From the NCBI GenBank assembly GCA_943350175.1, contig CALQZX010000002.1:66061-130060 (forward strand): a stretch of 64,000 bases of DNA. The letters run 5' to 3'. The first letter of the stretch is position 1, and each line of letters opens with the position of its first letter. Below are positions 57,387-64,000 of the stretch, one piece after another. The notes below the pieces were generated by a model. The model was not told where the DNA came from, ran no database searches, and was given only the letters and a program-made list of their open reading frames with translations. The stretch is from Parcubacteria group bacterium. GTDB taxonomy: Bacteria > Patescibacteriota > Microgenomatia > UBA1400 > PJMF01. Position numbers and translations under genes: made by a program.

Positions 57387-58138
57387 TGCTTTGGATATTT
57401 ATTTGTCCAATCAGCCATTTTGATCTTCAAAATATCAGTGAACATCAAAATAGAATCTCTCACTGGACTGACGCGATCAGTTTGGAAGTGTTTCCAAAGA
57501 ATTGGCACTTCTTGCATGCCAAAGTTATATTTTTTGGCTAAATATAAAAGTTCGACATCAAAAGCACCAGTAAAAGCATCTTGGCGATTATCTTTGCCGG
57601 AGTAAATATAAAGGCTTTCAAAAAGTTTGATAGTGGCTTTTTCTGAAAACAACTTAAAACCACATTGGCTATCTTGAGTACCTGGAACGGCTAATAATTG
57701 CACAACTAAATTGAAACCTCGACCCATGATGTGCCTATAAAAAGGTTCTTTTTCTCTCTTGGCACCAATAATCTCTCTGGAGCCAAAAATAACCTCATGT
57801 TCACTAGTGTATTTCAGTAATTTACGAACTTCACGAAGGGGAGTTGATTGATCAAAGTCAGTAAAAAGTCTCCAACTACCGGTTGCTTGTAACATACCAG
57901 CTTTGACGGTTGGACCCTTGCCCTTATGTTGATTGAGGACAACTTTAATTCTTTCATCTTTTTTACTGAATTTTTGAAGTTCTTCAACTGTGTCATCGGT
58001 GCTACCGTCATCAGATAAAACGAGCTCCCATGATCTTTCATAGTCCTTCAAAAATTGAAGAACTTCCTCAAGTACTCCACGAGCAATGTTTTTACTTTCA
58101 TTGTAGGAAGGTAAGACTACTGATAGATATGGTTTCAT
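57383..58138 (-). CDS. GT2 dolichyl-phosphate beta-glucosyltransferase-like
   Basis: LSVVLPSYNE, DDGSTD, GKG, TDFD.STP, DSQCGFKLF, FDVELL. Confidence 0.9.
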   Translation of the reverse strand: MKPYLSVVLPSYNESKNIARGVLEEVLQFLKDYERSWELVLSDDGSTDDTVEELQKFSKKDERIKVVLNQHKGKGPTVKAGMLQATGSWRLFTDFDQSTPLREVRKLLKYTSEHEVIFGSREIIGAKREKEPFYRHIMGRGFNLVVQLLAVPGTQDSQCGFKLFSEKATIKLFESLYIYSGKDNRQDAFTGAFDVELLYLAKKYNFGMQEVPILWKHFQTDRVSPVRDSILMFTDILKIKMADWTNKYPKQ

Positions 58139-58151
58139 AGGTTTAAATAAT

Positions 58152-59693
58152 TTAATTATTATAGCTAGTTAGAACAGTAATTTCTGGGCCATTTTCTATT
58201 TGAAAAACTTCTTGGATATTTTTATTTGGAAAAACGATGATTTCATAGATCTCAGATTTCAAAACGTTTTTTTCTACTTTTTCTTCATTAATGATGAAAA
58301 GTTTAGTTGCGCTGTGGTGATTCTCCATTTCTACTGGCTCATTTTCATTGGTGCTGAGGAAATATCTATAATTCATGCCATAAAGATCTTTGGAGTTGGC
58401 TAATAAAACGATATTATATTTTTCATCTTTACCAACTCTTTTATAAATTTCATCAGTTGTTCTCTTTATGTCGTCAATTGTCCAGCTATTGCTTCTAATC
58501 GAGTATCTCTGCGCGTTGTTTATGATGAAATAAATTAAAAATGGTACTAGCAAGACAGTCGCTAGCCATTTGTTTTTGAATTTAGTGAAAAATAAGCCAT
58601 AGAACATGTAAACAAAAGGAAATAAATACGCAATGTAATGTTCGTAGACTTGATGCTGATAAAGACTAACTCCGAGAATTCCTGGCACCAAATAAGCAAG
58701 CAAAATGATCTCTCCATCTGAAAGTTTTTTTCTATTTCTAATCAAATAGATCGCTGTCAAAATCAAGGCCACAAACATGAAAGGATGGTTGTTTTTATTG
58801 ACAGCAAAACTTGCTTCAAAGAGTACTTGAGAAGCACGATCTTTCAGATCAATACTGATGAATTTACTAAAAGCTGCAAATCCTTGGCGTCCAGCTTTTC
58901 TTTCTAAATTGAAGCTTTCTTTTTCAGTCAAAATTGAAGCGAAGGATTCTAAATTTACTGATCCATGTTTTAGATCAAAAAGAACGAGTGGCGTGAGAGA
59001 GAGAATGAAAATTAAGACAGCTAGAATGATATTGCCAATAAATTTCTTTTCTTTGCTGAAAAATTTATTTTTTTGTAGTTTAATTTTTTCAATGAGTTGA
59101 ATCAGAAAAATTATGCCAGCTCCAGAGATAGATAATAAAGTGACGTAATGCAATTGAATTAAAAGACTAAAGCAAACAGAAACAAGTAGCCAATATTTCG
59201 CATTCTTTTTCCAAGCCAGATAAGTGAAATAGAACATCAATAAACTAAAGAATGGCGCGATATTAGGATTCCAACTGAATCGAGCTAGATTGACTACTCC
59301 GGCAGATAAAGTAAAGAAAATAGTTGCCAAATAAGCAGTTTTACGATCAAAAATTTTATTGGTGATCTTGAACAATAAAAAAACGGTTAAGACTGACAGG
59401 GCAGCGACAGCGAAAACCGGGCCCATTGGATCTGGATAGCTTAGGAATAAGAACGGCAACATAAAATAATAATAAAAAGGACCCAAATACATATTGCCGA
59501 TGCTGGTGACAGGGCCGATGAAAACTGGATCTAAATTTTTGAAAATGCGAGAGACAACCAAAACGTCCCTGCCCTGATCACCCTGGAACATGACTGAGTT
59601 TCTTAAATTGTAGAAACGAAGGAAAATGGCTGAAATTAGAATTACCAATAAAAAAAAGTGCTGAAATTTTATTCTTTTAATCAAGCCACGCAT
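58152..59693 (-). CDS. GT-C glycosyltransferase (ArnT/PMT family)
   Basis: FQGDQGRD, YLGPFYYY, RFSWNPN, multi-TM. Confidence 0.85.
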   Translation of the reverse strand: MRGLIKRIKFQHFFLLVILISAIFLRFYNLRNSVMFQGDQGRDVLVVSRIFKNLDPVFIGPVTSIGNMYLGPFYYYFMLPFLFLSYPDPMGPVFAVAALSVLTVFLLFKITNKIFDRKTAYLATIFFTLSAGVVNLARFSWNPNIAPFFSLLMFYFTYLAWKKNAKYWLLVSVCFSLLIQLHYVTLLSISGAGIIFLIQLIEKIKLQKNKFFSKEKKFIGNIILAVLIFILSLTPLVLFDLKHGSVNLESFASILTEKESFNLERKAGRQGFAAFSKFISIDLKDRASQVLFEASFAVNKNNHPFMFVALILTAIYLIRNRKKLSDGEIILLAYLVPGILGVSLYQHQVYEHYIAYLFPFVYMFYGLFFTKFKNKWLATVLLVPFLIYFIINNAQRYSIRSNSWTIDDIKRTTDEIYKRVGKDEKYNIVLLANSKDLYGMNYRYFLSTNENEPVEMENHHSATKLFIINEEKVEKNVLKSEIYEIIVFPNKNIQEVFQIENGPEITVLTSYNN

Positions 59694-59699
59694 GGTTCT

Positions 59700-60875
59700 T
59701 TAGTTCTTTTTCTTTTTCCAAATAAAAGTATTGTAAGCAAAGAAATTCCAAAACATGCCAATGAAAATACCGACGACTGCAGAAATTGTTCCAGTATCAA
59801 CTACGAAATTAATAAGTGGCACGGTGAAAATTGGGATAAGACCAATTACATTTGATGTAAAAGCAGCAATAGCAGTTTGAACAAGAATGGAGCCGCCACT
59901 AGATAAATTGAAGGTCAGAAAACTAAGTGGAATTTGTTTGGCTTCGAGCTTGCGATCCTTAAATGTCCATAGGTTGCTCCAGATAAAATTAGAAATGATG
60001 GCCGTTTCGATAGATAAAAAGTTGGCTAGTACAAAAATTTGTTCACCAGAGAAGACTAACCTCCATAATTGCAGAGCAATTAGCTGCACCATCGCGCCAA
60101 AAGCCCCAACCATAGCAAATCTCACCACTCTCATCTTTAATATTTCTTTAATTCTAACTCTCATAAGATATAACAGGGTATTTTTTATGTACTCTGGCCC
60201 AATTTTACTATTACCTACTACGCGATCTTTAAATTCAAATGGTACTTCTGCAATTTTAAAACCTTTTCTAAGGGTTTTGTGCAAAAAGCCAATTTGAAAA
60301 GTATAGCCTGAAAAAAGTTCACTGTGCATTTCTTTCTCTACAACAAGGTAAACTTCTTTTTTGATTGCTCTAAATCCAGTCGTCCAGTCTCTGATGGAAA
60401 AATCTAACATTAAAAAATTAATGAATAGATTGCCGACGATACTCAAAAATTTACGGTGGAATCCCCAGTTTTCTGGAATAGAGCCACCTTCGATGTATCT
60501 AGAACCAAGAACCATATCGTTGCCTTGATCTATTTTTGCTAAAAAAGCAGGGATTTTCTTCGGATCGTGAGAGAGATCCGCGTCAAATTCGAAAACCAGA
60601 TCAGCACTCAATTTATTAAAAGCATGATTCATGCCGCTTAAATAAGCGCCTCCTAAGCCTGATTTCTTTTTGTTGATTAGTAATTCTAAGAATTTGAATT
60701 TCTTTTGCAATTCTGTGACAAATTCTGAAGTTCCATCTGGAGAGCTATCATCAACCACTAAAATTTTCATTTCCCAGTTTTTGATTTCTTTAAAAACATT
60801 GCCAAGGGATCCCACTGTTTGGGCGATATTGCCTTTTTCATTGTAAGTAGGAATGATAATAATTGCTTTTTTCAT
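59700..60875 (-). CDS. Polyprenol-phosphate mannose synthase-like GT2 fused to GtrA domain
   Basis: IIPTYNE, VDDSSPDGT, DADLSH, GSRY; C-terminal RFAMVG..NF..WTF GtrA pattern; ATG 60875 preferred. Confidence 0.88.
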   Translation of the reverse strand: MKKAIIIIPTYNEKGNIAQTVGSLGNVFKEIKNWEMKILVVDDSSPDGTSEFVTELQKKFKFLELLINKKKSGLGGAYLSGMNHAFNKLSADLVFEFDADLSHDPKKIPAFLAKIDQGNDMVLGSRYIEGGSIPENWGFHRKFLSIVGNLFINFLMLDFSIRDWTTGFRAIKKEVYLVVEKEMHSELFSGYTFQIGFLHKTLRKGFKIAEVPFEFKDRVVGNSKIGPEYIKNTLLYLMRVRIKEILKMRVVRFAMVGAFGAMVQLIALQLWRLVFSGEQIFVLANFLSIETAIISNFIWSNLWTFKDRKLEAKQIPLSFLTFNLSSGGSILVQTAIAAFTSNVIGLIPIFTVPLINFVVDTGTISAVVGIFIGMFWNFFAYNTFIWKKKKN

Positions 60876-60876
60876 T

Positions 60877-61854
60877 TTAGTTGGCGTTTTTGCTTTCAAA
60901 TTCCAAATCTTGTTGCACCATTAAAGTCACTAATTCTTCAAAATTAATAGTAGGTTTCCAATTGAGAGATTTCATGGCTTTTTCTGGATTACCAATCAAT
61001 AAATCAACTTCTGCTGGACGATCATATTTTTTATTGTGTTTATAGTATTTTTCGTAATCACCAAGACCAGCTGCTTTACAAGCAATTTCCAAGAATTCTC
61101 TGACGCTGTGAGTTTCACCGGTGGAAATAACATAGTCATCAGCTTGCTCTTGTTGAAGCATGGCCCACATAGCTTCGACGTAATCTTTGGCGTAACCCCA
61201 ATCTCTTTTGGAATCCAAGTTTCCGAGCTCAATGAACTCTTGCTTGCCCAATTTAATACGAGCGACAGCATTACTAATTTTACGAGTAACGAATTCCAAA
61301 CCACGGCGTGGCGACTCATGATTGAAAAGAATGCCAGAAACGGCAAACATGTCATAAGATTCACGGTAATTTACCGTAATCCAATGACCATAAACTTTAG
61401 CGACGCCATAAGGTGAGCGAGGATAGAATGGTGTGTTTTCATTTTGAGGAACTTCTCTGACTTTGCCAAACATTTCACTTGAGCTGGCTTGGTAGAATTT
61501 AGCTTTTGGACAAGCCAATCTCATCGCTTCCAAAACTCTAGTCACACCAATGGCAGTAAATTCGCCGGTTAAGACTGGTTGCTCCCAAGAAGCTTTGACG
61601 AAGGATTGAGCGGCTAAGTTATAGATTTCATCTGGTTGGATGTCTTGAAAAGCAAATGTCAAAGAATGTTGATCGATCAAATCACCAGAAATTAATTCCA
61701 AGTTTGGATTGTGAATAATGGTTTTAATACGGTCAAAATTTTGAGTACTGGTGCGACGAGTTAGACCATAAACTTTATAGCCTTTTTCAAGCAATGATTC
61801 AGCTAAATAAGAACCATCTTGTCCGGTAATTCCTGTGATAAAGGCTTTTTTCAT
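60877..61854 (-). CDS. gmd: GDP-mannose 4,6-dehydratase
   Basis: ITGITGQDGSYL, YQASSSE, PRSPYGVAK, FNHESPRRG, RDWG. Confidence 0.96.
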   Translation of the reverse strand: MKKAFITGITGQDGSYLAESLLEKGYKVYGLTRRTSTQNFDRIKTIIHNPNLELISGDLIDQHSLTFAFQDIQPDEIYNLAAQSFVKASWEQPVLTGEFTAIGVTRVLEAMRLACPKAKFYQASSSEMFGKVREVPQNENTPFYPRSPYGVAKVYGHWITVNYRESYDMFAVSGILFNHESPRRGLEFVTRKISNAVARIKLGKQEFIELGNLDSKRDWGYAKDYVEAMWAMLQQEQADDYVISTGETHSVREFLEIACKAAGLGDYEKYYKHNKKYDRPAEVDLLIGNPEKAMKSLNWKPTINFEELVTLMVQQDLEFESKNAN

Positions 61855-62789
61855 ATATTTTCTCTCCAGTAATTTAAAATTCTTTCTAAAGTTTCTTTTA
61901 ATTCATGCTCTGGGGCATAGCCCAAATTTACAATCTTTTCATTGTCGCAAACAAGATAAGGAAGGTCAACTGGGCGAATTTTACTTGGGTCAACGAGAAC
62001 CTTAATTTCTTTGTTTGCCATGCTAATTAGCAGATCAAGAATCTCTTTAATACTGTGGCTCGCACCAGAGCCAACGTTGTAAACTTCGCCGCTTTGGCCC
62101 TTTTTCATAAGTAAGATATAGGCGGAAACAATGTCTTTAACGTCGGAAAAATCGCGCACGCTCTCCAAATTTCCAACGCTGATAAAATCTTGCTGGCCTT
62201 TTTCTACTTTGGCAATGGCTGCTGCCAGATCTGCAACGACAAAACCAAGAGTTTGACGTTCACCAATATGATTAAAAGGTCTAACTCTGACGATATTGAG
62301 TTGCTCGCTTTTGACAAAAGTGTAGACCATCATGTCTTGAATCAATTTTGATAAAGCGTATGGATTGTCTGGGCCTAATTGTGACTTTTCATTAATTGCT
62401 TCACTACTAGCCTCGTACATTAGGGCTGTGCTAACGTGAAGCATCTTGCTTTCTGGCGCATATTCTTTAATTGCTTCGAGCAAATTCAACTGTAAGCTGG
62501 TATTCATTTCTAAAATAAATTTACGTTTCTCAAAACTATCCCCAACGTTGGCCAAAGAAGCCAAGTGATAGATTTCATCTGGTTGAATTTCTCTAATTAA
62601 ATCCTGAGTGGCTTGGTAATCAGTCAAATTAATTTGATGGATATTGTTTGGATCGACAAATTTCTTGACGAATTGGCCGTCATCTCTATATGAGGTGACA
62701 TGCAAATCTCTTTCACCTCTATTGTAGAGTTCTTCAACTAAATGTGAGGCGACGAAGCCAGTTCCACCAGTAATGAGGATTTTTTTCAT
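61851..62789 (-). CDS. GDP-4-keto-6-deoxy-D-mannose reductase (Rmd)-like SDR
   Basis: ITGGTGFVASHL, PYALSK, RPFNHIG.RQ, RDFSDV; adjacent to gmd. Confidence 0.78.
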   Translation of the reverse strand: MKKILITGGTGFVASHLVEELYNRGERDLHVTSYRDDGQFVKKFVDPNNIHQINLTDYQATQDLIREIQPDEIYHLASLANVGDSFEKRKFILEMNTSLQLNLLEAIKEYAPESKMLHVSTALMYEASSEAINEKSQLGPDNPYALSKLIQDMMVYTFVKSEQLNIVRVRPFNHIGERQTLGFVVADLAAAIAKVEKGQQDFISVGNLESVRDFSDVKDIVSAYILLMKKGQSGEVYNVGSGASHSIKEILDLLISMANKEIKVLVDPSKIRPVDLPYLVCDNEKIVNLGYAPEHELKETLERILNYWRENI

Positions 62790-62793
62790 AAAT

Positions 62794-64000
62794 TTATCTT
62801 TTACCAATGCCTAAATATTGAAAGCCCATTTTTTTGATTTTTTCTGGATCGAATTGGTTTCTAGCATCAATGAAAAATTGATTTTCGTTATTTCTGACTT
62901 TGGAGAAATCGAAGCCAATGATTTCTGGCCATTCCACCACACACATGATAACGTCGCTGTCTTCACAGGCTTCTTCAATACTTGAATATTGTTGATGGCG
63001 ATCGCTGTCTAAGGCGCTGTATTTGGCCATTGGATCATAACTTTTGACAGTCGCACCAAGATTACTTAATAAAGGAATAATTTTGGTGGATGGAGCTTCA
63101 CGCATATCGTCAGTATTTGGTTTGAAAGATAAGCCAAGAAGAGCGACGGTTTTGTTTTCAAAACCACTAATTTCCTCTGCAAATTTTTCCAAAAGACGAT
63201 AAATACGGTTTTTGTTTATTTCATTGACGCGATTGAGCAAATTGCCATCTTCACCAATGCTTCTGGAATAAGCTGCTAGCTCTTTGACATCCTTAGGGAA
63301 GCAAGAACCGCCGTAGCCAAGTCCTGGATACCAATAGTGTTGGCCAATTCTTTTATCGTAACCAATGGCTTTAATGACTTCATTGATATCTGCACCATTT
63401 TTTTCGCAAAGATTAGCAATTTCATTAATGAAAGTAATGCGAGTGGCTAGATATGAGTTGGCGGTGTACTTAGCCATTTGCGCTGAAGCGACTTTGCAGC
63501 GAATCACGGGAGCGTTTAGGCTTTCATGTAATTCTTCCAATTTCTCAAAAACAAATTCAGATTCTGCACCAATGACAATTCTGTCTGGATGCAAAGTATC
63601 TTGGACGGCTGAGCCTTCGCGTAAAAATTCTGGCAGAGAAGCGCCGTAAAAATTAACTGACGATGTTTCTTTGATGATGGCAATAGTTTTCTCCAAAGTT
63701 CCTGGAGGAACTGTTGACTTGATAACAACGATGGCTGAGTCACTAAGATAAGGAGCTAAAGATTTGGCACTGGCGAAGATATAACGTAAATCGGCTGTTT
63801 CATCAGCTGCGGAAGGAGTGCCTACAGCAATAATGATGATTTCGGCGCCAGTGATGGCAGTTTCATAGGAAGTGGTGAAAGTGAGTTTGCCTTTGGCTTG
63901 CTGCTCTAATAATAAATCTTGAAGTCCTGGTTCGTAAAAAGGTACTTGGCCTTTTTCCAAAAGTTTGACTTTGTTTTCATCGATATCTAAGCCAACTACT
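62794..64000 (-). CDS. ugd: UDP-glucose/GDP-mannose dehydrogenase (5' end outside window)
   Basis: AVGTP, KSTVPPG, PEFLREG, GYGGSCFPKD, FKPNTDD.RE; frame open to window end. Confidence 0.92.
   Translation of the reverse strand, partial: VVGLDIDENKVKLLEKGQVPFYEPGLQDLLLEQQAKGKLTFTTSYETAITGAEIIIIAVGTPSAADETADLRYIFASAKSLAPYLSDSAIVVIKSTVPPGTLEKTIAIIKETSSVNFYGASLPEFLREGSAVQDTLHPDRIVIGAESEFVFEKLEELHESLNAPVIRCKVASAQMAKYTANSYLATRITFINEIANLCEKNGADINEVIKAIGYDKRIGQHYWYPGLGYGGSCFPKDVKELAAYSRSIGEDGNLLNRVNEINKNRIYRLLEKFAEEISGFENKTVALLGLSFKPNTDDMREAPSTKIIPLLSNLGATVKSYDPMAKYSALDSDRHQQYSSIEEACEDSDVIMCVVEWPEIIGFDFSKVRNNENQFFIDARNQFDPEKIKKMGFQYLGIGKR

Noticed and set aside
1-64000. CRISPR array, DGR, transposase, prophage or rRNA
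   Set aside because: No regularly spaced repeats, reverse transcriptase, TR/VR pair, transposase, phage structural genes or rRNA signatures seen by eye. The remaining short ORFs in the track are shadows of longer genes.

Overview
Gene-dense, AT-rich bacterial chromosome segment (genetic code 11). By inference from gene content it looks like a Patescibacteria/CPR genome, probably Microgenomates-like: sortase with a QPSTG substrate, PFL/acetate-CoA ligase fermentation, many GT-C glycosyltransferases, and typical CPR hypotheticals. Housekeeping genes: tatD, metG, rmuC, aspS, gltX, ybeY, dnaX, ybaB, rdgB, fbaB, frr, rseP, secDF, cca, recJ, prmC, xth, tRNA-Glu(CTC) and tRNA-Gln(CTG). It also carries a pflB-pflA-acd-coaDE operon and a nucleotide-sugar/GT-C glycosylation cluster. 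Two standout candidates: (1) 48.4-54.7 kb, a ComQXPA-like peptide signalling locus. It has an unannotated 36-aa Trp-tailed precursor, a membrane histidine kinase, a class II terpene cyclase (DxDD) fused to a ComQ-like prenyltransferase, two atypical OmpR-type regulators and an orphan HATPase domain. (2) 3.87-4.2 kb, a D-armless tRNA-like RNA (G3:U70, ACG loop) followed by a probable separately transcribed small RNA complementary over 16 bp to its anticodon arm. Also seen: a leader-peptide attenuator ahead of an unannotated 58-aa ORF, a cobalamin riboswitch on an orphan gene, a 6S-like RNA, an A10 slippage site in dnaX, and widespread leaderless/bidirectional promoters. All calls come from reading the sequence; no database searches were run.
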